Below are positions 17,968-28,104 of a stretch of DNA of 64,000 bases, piece after piece. Where the stretch lies: NCBI GenBank assembly GCA_965223545.1, contig OZ245006.1:736001-800000 (forward strand), read 5' to 3'. The stretch comes from Planctomycetota bacterium (GTDB taxonomy: Bacteria > Planctomycetota > UBA1135 > UBA2386). The notes under the pieces are model-generated. The model was not told where the DNA came from. It was given only the letters and a program-made list of their open reading frames with translations, and did not search any database. Made by a program: the position numbers and the translations under genes. Every line of letters starts with the position of its first letter. The stretch's first letter is position 1.

Positions 17968-19253
17968 GACGCGCCTCCCGCGGTCCCTGCCGCCAACAAG
18001 TAGCTGTAGTCGAGCCAGACGCCCTGCATCGACGCCGCCACCGCCTCGCGGTCGAGGCCGAGGTACAGCTCGGCCTGCTGCTGCGGCGTGCGATCATGCC
18101 CCAGCCGCCACTGCCGCGCGGTGAACTCGAGCCGCTCGCCGACGCTGTCCTCCAGCGCCTGCAGCGTCGACAGCACGCCCAAGCGCGCGGTGTGCAGCTC
18201 CTCATCGGTGAACTCGCCGCGGCTCAGCTGGTCGATCTGCCGCTGGACCTCGGCCTCGACGCGCTCGGCGGCGCTCTCGTCGAGCCCGGTGTGGACTTGC
18301 AGCAAGCCCTTGTGCCGTTCCAGCCCGGCCGATGCGTAGTAGGCCAGCGACTGTTTCTCGCGCACCTCGCGGAACAAGCGCGAGTGCGGCCCACCGCCGA
18401 GCATGCTGGTGAACAGGATCCGCGCCGCCCAGCGCTCGGCATCGTCGCTCGGCGGCAGCCGGTAGATCAGGACGAGCTTGCCCTGCTGCACGGCGGCGAC
18501 CTCGCGGTGCGCACGGCGCGGCCGCGGCGGCGGCTGCGCTGGGTCGGGAACCGGCTCGGCGGCACCGGCCGGCAGGCGGGAGAGAAACGGTTCGATCGAG
18601 CGGACCGGGTCGTCCGGCAGCGCACCGTAGGCCAGCGCACACATCACCCCGCGGCCGGTGAAATCGAGCCGCGCCGCGTCGACATCTGCCTGGCGCACGG
18701 CCTCGATCGAGGCCAGATCGCCGTGCTCGGGGATCGCCATCGGCTCACCCTCGCAGGCGAGCTGCAGCGCCCGCAGCGCCGCGTACTGCCCCTTGTCGTT
18801 GAAGATCGCCCGCACCGCGTGGATGGTCTGCACGCGTTCGCGCTCGAACACGGCTTCGGGCAGGTCGGCTCCAGCGAGCAGCGGCCGCTCGACGAAGTCG
18901 GCGAGAAACTCGAGCCCGGCGGCGAGCAGGTCCGGCTGCCCGGGCGCGTGCGCGCCGGCGATCGAGTCGAGCGAGTAGCGCAGGACGTGGGTCTCGCCGA
19001 TCTTGTGAGTGCCCGGCACCACCGCAGCACCGTAGAGCCCCTCCATCCGCCGCGCCAACGCCGGCCGGTCCCGGTCGCGCTGCGTGCCCTGCAGCAACAG
19101 CGACGGCAGCAGCGAGCGCGCCGCCGCCCTGTCATCCAGCGGTCGCGTCGCCTGCAGTAGGAAGCGAAAGGTCTTGTAGCGACGATCGCGCCGCCAGAGC
19201 ACCGGAACGCCACTCACCTCGGTCACCGCGAAACCGGCGAAGCCATCCTGCAT
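17964..19253 (-). CDS. M16 family peptidase, non-catalytic partner subunit (YmfF-like)
   Basis: YKT, LYGA, QGKL, LGGGPHSRLFREVREKQSLAYYAS; no HxxEH; coupled to the downstream M16 gene. Confidence 0.85.
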   Translation of the reverse strand: MQDGFAGFAVTEVSGVPVLWRRDRRYKTFRFLLQATRPLDDRAAARSLLPSLLLQGTQRDRDRPALARRMEGLYGAAVVPGTHKIGETHVLRYSLDSIAGAHAPGQPDLLAAGLEFLADFVERPLLAGADLPEAVFERERVQTIHAVRAIFNDKGQYAALRALQLACEGEPMAIPEHGDLASIEAVRQADVDAARLDFTGRGVMCALAYGALPDDPVRSIEPFLSRLPAGAAEPVPDPAQPPPRPRRAHREVAAVQQGKLVLIYRLPPSDDAERWAARILFTSMLGGGPHSRLFREVREKQSLAYYASAGLERHKGLLQVHTGLDESAAERVEAEVQRQIDQLSRGEFTDEELHTARLGVLSTLQALEDSVGERLEFTARQWRLGHDRTPQQQAELYLGLDREAVAASMQGVWLDYSYLLAAGTAGGAS

Positions 19254-19343
19254 GCAGCCCATCGTGCAGGGCCCGCCCGCCGTGGGCGAGGGAAAAGGCA
19301 TCGCGCGGCCGGCGTGGTCGCTCCGGCTGATAAGATGCCGCGC

Positions 19344-20276
19344 ATGCTGCCGATCCATCGCGATCACCGCCCGCCCTCCCGGCTGCCGCTGCGCGCGGGC
19401 GCCGCCGCGCTGGCGCTGGCCACTGCGGTGTCGGCGCAGGCCGCGCCAGGGCAGACGCCGCCCGCGGCTGGGGCCGAGAGCACGGCCGACGAGCGCGCTG
19501 CTGTCGAGGTGGACGAGGTCGTCGGCCTGCTGCGCCGGGCCCATCTCGGCGACAACCCGGCCCCGGATGCGCGCGCGTTCCACGGCACGCTGCAGCTGCA
19601 CCACCGTACCGAGGAGTACCAGGCCGACATCCTGCTCGACGTGCGCTACGCCAGGACCGAGCGCTCGGCCTACGTGCGCTACCGCGTGCAGGAGGGCGAC
19701 CGCAGCATCGAGCGCGGCCGCGACAGCGACGGCCCGTGGCACCAGGTCGGCAACGGTGCCGAGAGTCTGAACGCCGCGGAGTTCACCAACGACCGCCGGC
19801 AGGTGCTGCAGCACCTTCAGTTGTGCGACCAGCTGCTGCGGTTCACCGATCCGACCCGGATCGTCGCGGCGATGCGCACCCCGACGGCCGACCGGCAACG
19901 GCTGCGCGTCGGCGCCGGTCGCGAGGAGGAATGCCTGCGGGTGCGCGGCACGATCGACGACTTCCCGCTGTATGCGGCCGCGCCGGAGCAGACCGAGCAC
20001 GGCGTCCACGTCGAGCTCTACGTCGGCGCCGGCGGTCGCTTGCGCGCCGTGCAGGCGATGCCGCTCAACGAGCGGGGCCGCCTCGCCGGGACAGGCGAGC
20101 GCATCTTGATCAAGGAGCTGGCATCGCAGGACGGCCTGCTGCTGCCCACCGACCTGGTCATGCTCGGCATCGGCTACGGCGAACAAGACCGCGTCCTGGC
20201 CAAGGTTCGCTTGGTCACCCTGGAGCTGAAACCCGGCCTTCCCGCCGAGCAGTTCGATCGCAAGCAGCCGTGGTGA
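19344..20276 (+). CDS. Hypothetical secreted protein
   Basis: Signal peptide ...AAALALATAVSA-Q; beta-rich body. Start is 19344 (TAAGAT 7 nt upstream) or 19335. Confidence 0.65.
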   Translation: MLPIHRDHRPPSRLPLRAGAAALALATAVSAQAAPGQTPPAAGAESTADERAAVEVDEVVGLLRRAHLGDNPAPDARAFHGTLQLHHRTEEYQADILLDVRYARTERSAYVRYRVQEGDRSIERGRDSDGPWHQVGNGAESLNAAEFTNDRRQVLQHLQLCDQLLRFTDPTRIVAAMRTPTADRQRLRVGAGREEECLRVRGTIDDFPLYAAAPEQTEHGVHVELYVGAGGRLRAVQAMPLNERGRLAGTGERILIKELASQDGLLLPTDLVMLGIGYGEQDRVLAKVRLVTLELKPGLPAEQFDRKQPW

Positions 20277-20374
20277 GCGGCGGTCCTTGTGTCGCGGGTC
20301 GATCCGCGGCGCCACGAGGCCCATGGCACGGCCCGGACGCGCGCGATGCCAGCGCGGCCCGCGCGCCGGAATCC

Positions 20375-20404
20375 TTGACGTAAGTTACGATGAATAGTTA
20401 GCTT
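20375..20404 (+). promoter_or_regulatory. Sigma70-type promoter candidate TTGACG-N18-TAGCTT
   Basis: Locally AT-rich intergenic segment upstream of the epimerase; GGAG RBS 8 nt before the TTG at 20444. Confidence 0.5.
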
Positions 20405-20443
20405 GCGCGACTCGACTGAACGAACTGTACCGGAGTCCGGACC

Positions 20444-21421
20444 TTGAAGAATTTGATCACCGGCGGCGCTGGCTTCGTCGGCTCCCACCTCTCGGAGCAC
20501 CTGCTCGAACGCGGCGACGAGGTCTACGTCCTCGACAACTTATCGACCGGGTCGATCACCAACCTCGACGGTTGCAAGGAGCACCCGAACTTCCACTACC
20601 ACACCGGCGATTCGCTGAACGCGCCGATCCTGGCCGAGCTCGTCGACCGGTGCGACCGCATCTACCACCTGGCGGCGGCGGTCGGCGTCAAGCTGATCGT
20701 CGAGAACCCGGTGCACACCATCGAGACCAACATCTCGGGCACCGAGACCATCCTGCAGATGGCGGTCAAGAAGAAGAAGCCGGTGCTGATCGCCTCGACC
20801 TCCGAGGTCTACGGCAAGTCGACCGACATCCCGTTCCGCGAGGATGGCGACATGGTGCTCGGCCCGACGTCGAAGGGGCGCTGGGCGTACGCCTGCAGCA
20901 AGGCCGTCGACGAGTTCTTGGCCATCGCCTATCACCGCAGCAAGGACCTGCCCACGGTCGTCGCGCGCCTGTTCAACACCGTCGGCCCCCGGCAGACCGG
21001 GCAGTACGGAATGGTGATCCCGAACTTCGTCAAGCAAGCGCTCTCCGGCCAGCCGATCACCGTCTACGGCGACGGCAAGCAGTCGCGCTGCTTCGGCTAC
21101 GTCGGCGACGTGGTGCCGGCGCTGGTCCAGCTGATGGACACCGCCAAGTGCTACGGCGAGGTCTACAACGTCGGCAACGACCGCGAGATGAGCATCGAAG
21201 ACCTGGCCAAGCTGGTGCGCGACAAGGTCGACTCCTCGCTGGACATCAAGTACGTGCCCTATAGCGAGGCGTACAAGGCCGCCGACTTCGAGGACATGCG
21301 CCGGCGCGTCCCCGACCTGAGCAAGATCAAGCGCGACATCGGCTACCAGCCGACGACCTCGGTCGAGCAGATCGTCGACAAGGTGATCGCCTACTTCCGG
21401 GCGGACCGCTCGGCACGGTGA
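20444..21421 (+). CDS. NAD-dependent nucleotide-sugar epimerase/dehydratase (extended SDR)
   Basis: TGGAGFVG, STSEVYG, YACSK, RLFNTVGPRQ. Confidence 0.92.
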   Translation: MKNLITGGAGFVGSHLSEHLLERGDEVYVLDNLSTGSITNLDGCKEHPNFHYHTGDSLNAPILAELVDRCDRIYHLAAAVGVKLIVENPVHTIETNISGTETILQMAVKKKKPVLIASTSEVYGKSTDIPFREDGDMVLGPTSKGRWAYACSKAVDEFLAIAYHRSKDLPTVVARLFNTVGPRQTGQYGMVIPNFVKQALSGQPITVYGDGKQSRCFGYVGDVVPALVQLMDTAKCYGEVYNVGNDREMSIEDLAKLVRDKVDSSLDIKYVPYSEAYKAADFEDMRRRVPDLSKIKRDIGYQPTTSVEQIVDKVIAYFRADRSAR

Positions 21422-21524
21422 TCGGCGCCGGCGCACCGGCAACGGCGTTGCGCGACCGCAACGCGAGGATCCCTTTGTCTCCCGCCTCCGCCCGGCCGAT
21501 GATCGGCTGGAGCACTCCGCGCCG

Positions 21525-22928
21525 ATGTCGTCGATCCGCGATCCCATGAGCCCGCCCGCCGCCGCCGGCAACGACCCCGCTCAACCCCCGCCCGCCGCGG
21601 CCGGCGCGCCGGAGACCACGTTGTGGGGTTGGGGCCGAGTGCCCGTGCGCGGCCGCGAGCGCCACTCGGAAGACCTCCGCGGTGCCACCCGCGGCGCGGT
21701 CCTCACCCGCGGCTTGGGGCGCAGCTACGGCGACTCCTCGCTGCCGCCGTCGAGCCGAGCCGTCGCTGCCAACAGCACGAATGCCGACCGCATCCTGAGC
21801 TTCGACACGGCGAGCGGCCGGCTGCGGGCCGAGGCCGGCCTGTCGCTGTTCGACCTCAACCAGACCCTGCTTCCCCGCTGCTGGTTCACGCCCGTGTCGC
21901 CCGGGACGCAGTTCGTCACCCTCGGCGGCATGGTCGCCTCCGACGTACACGGCAAGAACCACCACCGCGACGGCTGCATCGGCGAGCACGTGACCGAGCT
22001 GCTGCTGCGCGTCGCCGACGGCCGCTTGGTGCGTTGCTCGCCGTCGATCGAGCGCGACCTGTTTCGCGCGACCGTCGGCGGCATGGGCCTGACCGGCCAC
22101 ATCCTCGAGGTGGAGCTGACCATGCGGCGCGTGCCGTCGCCGTGGATCGTCATGGAGTCCGAGCGCATCCCCGACATCGACGCGTACGTCGAGGGGCTCA
22201 AGCGCGACGGACCGGACTGGCCGTTCACCATGGGCTGGATCGACTGCCTGTCCCGGGGCGCCAAGCTCGGCCGCGGCATCCTCATGCGCGGCCGCTGGGC
22301 GCGACCGGACGAGGCGCGCAAGCCGTTCCGTCCGCTCGGCAACCGGTTGGGGGTCCCTTTCGTTTTGCCCGGCTGGGTGATGGGGCCGTTCAGCGTGCGC
22401 GCCTTCAACACGCTCTACTACAACGCGCATTGGCGGCGGCAGATGCGCCGTGTCGTCCACCCGCAGAAGTTCTTCTACCCGCTCGACGCGATCGAGAACT
22501 GGAACCGCCTGTACGGGCCGCGCGGCTTCACCCAGTACCAGTGCGTGCTGCCGGCCGAGGCCGGCACCGGCGTCGCGCGGCGCTTCCTCGAAGTGCTGAC
22601 CGAGCGCGGCGGCGCGTCGTTCCTGTGCGTGATCAAGGACTGCGGTGCCCAGGGAGTCGGCCTGCTGTCGTTCCCGCGGCCGGGCATCTCGATCGCGGTC
22701 GACCTGCCGATCCGCGACGACACCCAAGAGCTGGTCGACGCGCTCAACGCGTTCGTCATCGGCGAGGGCGGCCGGATCTACCTGACCAAGGACACCTTCA
22801 CCCGGCCAGCGGACTTCCGCCACATGGAGCCGCGGCTGTTGGAGTGGACGCGCGTGCGCGACCAATGGGACCCCGAGCACCGGTTGCGCAGCGCGCAGTC
22901 GGTGCGCCTGTTTGGAGACCGACCATGA
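21525..22928 (+). CDS. FAD-linked oxidase, DprE1-like (polyprenylphosphoryl-ribose 2'-oxidase)
   Basis: RGLGRSYGD, PGTQFVTLGG, DVHGKNHH, FFYPLD, WNRLYGPRGFTQYQ, GRIYLTKD. Confidence 0.85.
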   Translation: MSSIRDPMSPPAAAGNDPAQPPPAAAGAPETTLWGWGRVPVRGRERHSEDLRGATRGAVLTRGLGRSYGDSSLPPSSRAVAANSTNADRILSFDTASGRLRAEAGLSLFDLNQTLLPRCWFTPVSPGTQFVTLGGMVASDVHGKNHHRDGCIGEHVTELLLRVADGRLVRCSPSIERDLFRATVGGMGLTGHILEVELTMRRVPSPWIVMESERIPDIDAYVEGLKRDGPDWPFTMGWIDCLSRGAKLGRGILMRGRWARPDEARKPFRPLGNRLGVPFVLPGWVMGPFSVRAFNTLYYNAHWRRQMRRVVHPQKFFYPLDAIENWNRLYGPRGFTQYQCVLPAEAGTGVARRFLEVLTERGGASFLCVIKDCGAQGVGLLSFPRPGISIAVDLPIRDDTQELVDALNAFVIGEGGRIYLTKDTFTRPADFRHMEPRLLEWTRVRDQWDPEHRLRSAQSVRLFGDRP

Positions 22929-23662
22929 AGGTGGCAATCCTCGGCGGAACCCGCGGCATGGGCCGCGCGCTGGCGCGGGCGATGGCGGCGCGCGGCGACG
23001 CCATCTGCCTGCTCGGCCGCGACGAGAGCGAGCTGCGCCGCTCGCGTGCCGACTTGCTGGCACGCGGCGAGAGCGTCGTGGTCAGCACGGCGACCTGTGA
23101 TCTCGCCGAGCCGAGCGGCTTCGCCGCCGCCCTGACCACCGCCCGCGACAGCCTCGCCGGTCTGGACTGCGTGGTCGTCACCGCCGCTCAGTTCGCGCCG
23201 CAGGAGGAGCTCGAACAGGACCTCTCCCGGACTGCCCAGCTGCTGCAAGCCAACTTCACCAACACCATCCTGTTCTGCGAACACGCGCGGCAGCGGCTGC
23301 TGGAGCACGGCGGCGGCACTCTCTGTGTGTTCAGCTCGGTGGCGGGCGAGCGCGGCCGCAAACCACAGGTGATCTACGGCGCCAGCAAGGCCGGCCTGTC
23401 GGCCTACCTCGAGGGGTTGGACCACCGCTATCACGCCGCCGGTCTGGTCACGATTTGCGTCAAACCGGGCTTCGTCAAGACCGGGATGACGCAGGGGTTG
23501 AAGCCACCGCCGTTCGCCGGCGAGCCCGACGCCGTCGCCCGCGACGTGCTGCGCGCGATCGACCGGCGCAGGCCGGTGTTGTTCACCCCGTGGCCGTGGC
23601 GCTGGGTGATGCTGGTGATCCGCAACCTGCCGCGCTTCGTGATGCGCCGCATCAACTTCTGA
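22925..23662 (+). CDS. Short-chain dehydrogenase, DprE2-like
   Basis: GGTRGMG, SSVAGERGR, YGASKAG, VKPGFVKT; coupled to the DprE1-like gene. Confidence 0.82.
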   Translation: MKVAILGGTRGMGRALARAMAARGDAICLLGRDESELRRSRADLLARGESVVVSTATCDLAEPSGFAAALTTARDSLAGLDCVVVTAAQFAPQEELEQDLSRTAQLLQANFTNTILFCEHARQRLLEHGGGTLCVFSSVAGERGRKPQVIYGASKAGLSAYLEGLDHRYHAAGLVTICVKPGFVKTGMTQGLKPPPFAGEPDAVARDVLRAIDRRRPVLFTPWPWRWVMLVIRNLPRFVMRRINF

Positions 23663-23680
23663 CCGCGGCTCGGCCGCGCT

Positions 23681-25558
23681 TCACAACCGGCGGCGGAAGA
23701 AGCGCTCGAGCTCGGCCCGGTCGAAGGTGAGCACCGTCGGGCGACCGTGCGGACAGTTGTGGGGATGCCGCAGCTTGGCGGCGGCCACCAACAGAGCTTC
23801 GATCTCCTCTTCGCACAACGCATCGCCCGCCATCACCGAGCTGCGGCATGCGCGGCTGTGGAAGCGCTCGAGAATCGCCTCGCGGGCACGCGGACGGGCG
23901 TCGTCGTCGACGTCGCCGAGCAGGAAGGACTCGACCAACGCAGCCGGCCGCGCCTTGCCGAGCACCGCCGGAACGCCCTGAATGGCGACGCTGCCGCCGC
24001 CGAAGTCCTCGACCAGAAAGCCCTCCGCTGCCAGCACGTCACGCGCCTCCAGCAGGTAGGCCTTGTCGGCGGCGGTCAGCTCGAGGACCTCCGGCACCAG
24101 CAGCCGCTGCACCGTCCGCGGCGACGCCGCGTCGCGTTGCTGCAGCTCCTCGAACACGACGCGCTCGTGCAGGGCGTGCTGGTCGACCACGACCAGGCCG
24201 TCCTCGCCCTCCAGCACCAGGTAGAGGTTCATCACCGACAGGAAGCGGTGGCTGGCGAGCCGCGCGAAGGGGTTGGCGCGCGGCGCGGGTTCCGCGGCAG
24301 CTTCGAGGCCGGGAGCGGCAGCCGCCGGCTCCGGCTCGCGACGCTCGACGCGCCCGCCCGCCGCCGGCCGCGGCTCGGACCGCGCCTTGCCGGCGCTCGG
24401 GCCGGGACCACCCGCGGCCCGCCGCCCCGCGGGACGCCCCGGCGCGGCCTCGGGCAACGGCGGCGGTCCGCCGCTTGCCCGGCCGAAGAGATCGCGCGGC
24501 AGATCGGGGAACCCCGACCGCGCCCGCGGCTTGTCCTCCCCGACCGCCAAGGCCGGACCGCTGCGCGAGGCCGCCCGCGACTCGAGCGCGCCCAGCACCG
24601 CATCGTGCAGCAAGCCGGCGACGCGCCTCCCCTCGAGAAAGCGCAGCTCGGCCTTGGTCGGGTGCACGTTGACGTCGACCGCGTCCGGCGGCATCGACAG
24701 CATCAAGAAGTAGATCGGGTACTTGCCGCCCATCGTGAAGGCGCGGTACGCCTGCCGCACCGCATGCGTCGCGCTCTTGTCGCGCGCGTTGCGGCCGTTG
24801 ACGTAGAGCAGCTCCAAGGTCGAGTCCCGACGGGCGCCGTCGGGGTGCACGGTGAGCCCCTCGACCACGTAGTCGCCGCTGCCCCGCGACACGTCGAGCA
24901 GCTCGCCCACCAGCCGGGCGCCGAACGCGCGGCGCACGCGGTCGCGCAGCGATTCTCCCGCCGGCAGGTGCAAGACCCGTTTGCCGTCGACGCTGAGGGC
25001 GAAATCGACGTCGAGGCGGGCCAACGAGAGGCGCACCAGCAGGTCCTGGATGCGCGCCTTCTCGGCGGCCGGCGTGCGCAGGAAGCGCCGCCGCGCCGGC
25101 ACGTTGAAGAACAGATCGCGGACCTCGATCAGAGTCCCCGGCGGCGCGCCGCACGGCCGGGCATCACCGATCGCACCACCGTCGCATCGAATCTCCGCGC
25201 CACTGCTCTCGGCCGGCTGCCGGCTGACGATCTTGGTGCGCGCCACCGAGCCGATCGAGGCCAACGCCTCGCCGCGGAAGCCGAGACTGGCGATGTGGTC
25301 CAGGTCGCTCGACACGGACAACTTGCTGGTCGCGTGGCTGACGAACGCCAGCGGCAAGTCATCGGCGGCGAAGCCACCGCCGTCATCGCGCACCCGGATC
25401 AGCGCGCGACCGCCGTCCTCCAGCTCGACGTGCACGCGCTGGGCACCCGCGTCCAGACTGTTCTCGACCAGCTCTTTGACCACGGAGAACGGCCGCTCCA
25501 CGACCTCACCGGCGGCGATCTGATTGACCACTTCGGGCGGCAGCACGCGGATGCTCAT
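23681..25558 (-). CDS. mutL: DNA mismatch repair endonuclease MutL
   Basis: NQIAAGEVVERP, ENSLDA, HATSK, GFRGEAL, DVNVHPTK, DQHALHERVVFE, ACR, CPHGRP. Confidence 0.97.
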   Translation of the reverse strand: MSIRVLPPEVVNQIAAGEVVERPFSVVKELVENSLDAGAQRVHVELEDGGRALIRVRDDGGGFAADDLPLAFVSHATSKLSVSSDLDHIASLGFRGEALASIGSVARTKIVSRQPAESSGAEIRCDGGAIGDARPCGAPPGTLIEVRDLFFNVPARRRFLRTPAAEKARIQDLLVRLSLARLDVDFALSVDGKRVLHLPAGESLRDRVRRAFGARLVGELLDVSRGSGDYVVEGLTVHPDGARRDSTLELLYVNGRNARDKSATHAVRQAYRAFTMGGKYPIYFLMLSMPPDAVDVNVHPTKAELRFLEGRRVAGLLHDAVLGALESRAASRSGPALAVGEDKPRARSGFPDLPRDLFGRASGGPPPLPEAAPGRPAGRRAAGGPGPSAGKARSEPRPAAGGRVERREPEPAAAAPGLEAAAEPAPRANPFARLASHRFLSVMNLYLVLEGEDGLVVVDQHALHERVVFEELQQRDAASPRTVQRLLVPEVLELTAADKAYLLEARDVLAAEGFLVEDFGGGSVAIQGVPAVLGKARPAALVESFLLGDVDDDARPRAREAILERFHSRACRSSVMAGDALCEEEIEALLVAAAKLRHPHNCPHGRPTVLTFDRAELERFFRRRL

Positions 25559-26628
25559 GCCGTCTCCGCGAAGTAGCCGGCCGCGAAGCGACGCAGCAGC
25601 CAGCCCGGATCCTCGCCCGTCTCCCGTAGATCGCGTTGGGCTTCGTACAGCAGCAGCAGCCCGCGGCGCAGCCGCGGCGTCGGGTTGGTCTGCACTTGAC
25701 GGTGGAACCGATCGACGAACACGCGCACTCCCAACGCCTGCGCGACCTGGCGGGGGGTGTGTCCACGCTCGAGCAACAAGCGCCCCTCGTAGGCCTTTGC
25801 CAGGGCCGTGTACAGCCAGCTGGTGGCGAACGGGAAGACGCCTCCCCGATCGACCAGCGAACCGTCCCGGCTGCGCACGCCGCGGGCCAGCATGGCCTCG
25901 AGCGAGCGCTCGGTGCGCGCCCGATCGAAGTCGAGCAGCGCCTCGGCCAGCTCGAAGGGGTTGGACTCGTAGCCACAGTGCAGCGCCGGTGCCAGCGCTT
26001 CCGGCGGTATGGCTCCCGCCTGGCCACCGAGCAGCGGCGCGAGCCGGACCAGCTCGTTCTGGCACTCGGCCGGATCGCTGCCGACCGTGTGCATCATCAA
26101 CAAGGCGGCTTCGGCGGTCAGCGAGAGGCCCTGCGCGCGCCCACGGTCGACGATCCAGCCGACCATCTCGGCGTCCTGCGGACTGCGCGTCCGGTCGTAC
26201 GGTTCGGTGTACAGCGCGCGAAACTCGAACACCTCGGCGGCCGCGGTGAGGGCCTTGCCCACTTTCGTGCGGCGGTCGAGCTTGACCACTTCGACCACCA
26301 GCGCGCAGCCCTTGGCGATGCGCTCGAGCATCGCGGCGAGGGCGGGCCCGTGCTGCTGCAACCAACCCTCGCCCCGGCGGACGACCACGCAAGCGCCGGC
26401 GCCGAACAGCGACCCGCCGAGCAAGTCGCCGAGCTCGGCGCCGTCGGTGTCGGCGTCACCGCTGATCCGGCGCAGCTCGACCCCGTCGGCAACGGCGGCG
26501 ATGGCCATGTCGACCGCCTGATCGCGGAAGTAGGCCGCCGGCCCGCTGATCAACAGCAGCCGCGGCACGCCGCGGCCGAGCACGGCGCGCAAGCGGCCGA
26601 GCTCGCGTTCCGGGTTGGGGGTCGCCAC
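25555..26628 (-). CDS. holA: DNA polymerase III subunit delta
   Basis: LLLISG...YF, GSLFG, KLDRRTK, EAALLM, NELVRL, NPFELAEA. Size and pattern are typical of HolA; GTG start. Confidence 0.75.
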   Translation of the reverse strand: MATPNPERELGRLRAVLGRGVPRLLLISGPAAYFRDQAVDMAIAAVADGVELRRISGDADTDGAELGDLLGGSLFGAGACVVVRRGEGWLQQHGPALAAMLERIAKGCALVVEVVKLDRRTKVGKALTAAAEVFEFRALYTEPYDRTRSPQDAEMVGWIVDRGRAQGLSLTAEAALLMMHTVGSDPAECQNELVRLAPLLGGQAGAIPPEALAPALHCGYESNPFELAEALLDFDRARTERSLEAMLARGVRSRDGSLVDRGGVFPFATSWLYTALAKAYEGRLLLERGHTPRQVAQALGVRVFVDRFHRQVQTNPTPRLRRGLLLLYEAQRDLRETGEDPGWLLRRFAAGYFAETA

Positions 26629-26645
26629 TTCGGTCGAGCTTTCCG

Positions 26646-27368
26646 TCAGGTGGTCAGATAGTAGTGCACATCGTACAGCGCGTGCGCATACACGGTCACG
26701 CCGAAGCCGCGCACGACGAACATCACGCCCAGGATCAACCCGGCGATCGCGCGGAACACGAACTCGCGCTGGTCGAACGGCGCCGCACCCGGACCCACGT
26801 GGTGGAACAGCGAGAACACCACCGCGCTGACCAGGACCGCGCCGGCGACACCGAACACCTTGTGGAAGCCGAACGACTGCGCGACCCTGGTGAACGCCAG
26901 CGCCAGCACCGACAGCAGGATCAAGCGGAACACCAGCTCTTCGAACAGACCGGCGCCGAGCGAGCCGACCAGATCGCGCAACAGCTGGTTCTGCGGCACC
27001 GCGCCGAGCAGCCGCGCCGACGATGCCTCGAGGCCGCCGGCGAGGGGCCCGAGCACCAGGGCGTAGACCAAGCCCTCGAGCGCCGTCACCAGGGTGACCT
27101 TCAACCACGGCACGCTGCGGCGCAGCAACGACAGCGCGCTCAGCAGCACCGCTATGCCGAACATCAAGCGCAGGATGGTGAAGGCGGTGGGGCCCAACAG
27201 CCGCAGCACCTCGGCCAGCAGCGCTTCGGCGCCGTTGCGCTCCTCCGGCGCCAAGCACAGCCGCAGCCCCTCGTAGGCCAGCCAGAGGGGCAGCACCGCG
27301 AACAAGCCGACCGCGGGATCGCGGGACCACGCGAGGTAGCCCGTGGGTTCGGCGTCAGGATCGGACAC
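26646..27368 (-). CDS. CPBP (Abi/CAAX type II) intramembrane metalloprotease
   Basis: GLFEELVFR, FSLFHH, HALYD motifs; multi-TM. Confidence 0.85.
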   Translation of the reverse strand: MSDPDAEPTGYLAWSRDPAVGLFAVLPLWLAYEGLRLCLAPEERNGAEALLAEVLRLLGPTAFTILRLMFGIAVLLSALSLLRRSVPWLKVTLVTALEGLVYALVLGPLAGGLEASSARLLGAVPQNQLLRDLVGSLGAGLFEELVFRLILLSVLALAFTRVAQSFGFHKVFGVAGAVLVSAVVFSLFHHVGPGAAPFDQREFVFRAIAGLILGVMFVVRGFGVTVYAHALYDVHYYLTT

Positions 27369-28104
27369 GAGCGCGGTAGAGCATGGCGATTCCACCAGTC
27401 AATCCGCGGTACTGCGCCGATTCCAGCCCGGCGTCGCGCATCAACGCCAGGAAGGCGTCGCGCTCGGGAAACTGCATGACCGACTCGGGCAGGTAGTCGT
27501 AGGCACCGTCGCGGTCGCCCGAGATCCAGCGTCCCAACCGCGGCAGCACTTTGCGAAAGTACCACAGGTAGCCGGCGCTCAAGACCGGCACGCGCGGCAC
27601 GCCGAACTCGAGCACCACGACCGCTCCGCCGGGCTTGACGACGCGCGCCATCTCGGCCAGACCGCGCACCGGGTCGCTGACGTTGCGGATGCCGAACGCG
27701 ACCGTCGCCGCATCGAAGCTGTCGTCGGCGAACGGCAGCGCCAGGGCGTCTGCGGTGGCCCAGCGCGGGGCGTGAAGCGCGCGCCGCCCCTTGCCGACCG
27801 CCCCGGCGAGCATCTCGAAGCAGAAGTCGACGCCGGTGACGCGCGCGCCGGCGGCGGCCAGCGAGGCGGCCAGATCGCCGGTGCCGGCACAGACATCGAG
27901 CACCCGGTCGCCGGCCGCGACCTCCGCGGCCCGCACGGCGGCACGCCGCCACAAGCGGTCCACCCCCATCGACAGGAGGTGGTTGGCGCGGTCGTAGCGG
28001 CCGGCGACCCGCGCGAACATCGCGCGGACCGCCGCGCCGTCGGGCGCGCCCGGGGTCGGCGCGGGCGCGCCCTGCTGAGCGCGCCGCGCGGCGGCGTCGG
28101 TCAC
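27355..28104 (-). CDS. ubiE: UbiE/MenG-family quinone C-methyltransferase
   Basis: MFARVAGRYDRANHLLS.G.DRLWR, VLDVCAGTGD, AFGIRNV, AYDYLPESV. Confidence 0.88.
   Translation of the reverse strand: MTDAAARRAQQGAPAPTPGAPDGAAVRAMFARVAGRYDRANHLLSMGVDRLWRRAAVRAAEVAAGDRVLDVCAGTGDLAASLAAAGARVTGVDFCFEMLAGAVGKGRRALHAPRWATADALALPFADDSFDAATVAFGIRNVSDPVRGLAEMARVVKPGGAVVVLEFGVPRVPVLSAGYLWYFRKVLPRLGRWISGDRDGAYDYLPESVMQFPERDAFLALMRDAGLESAQYRGLTGGIAMLYRARVRS

Noticed and set aside
24280..24490. Pro/Ala/Arg low-complexity stretch in mutL
   Set aside because: Ordinary variable linker between the ATPase and endonuclease domains.
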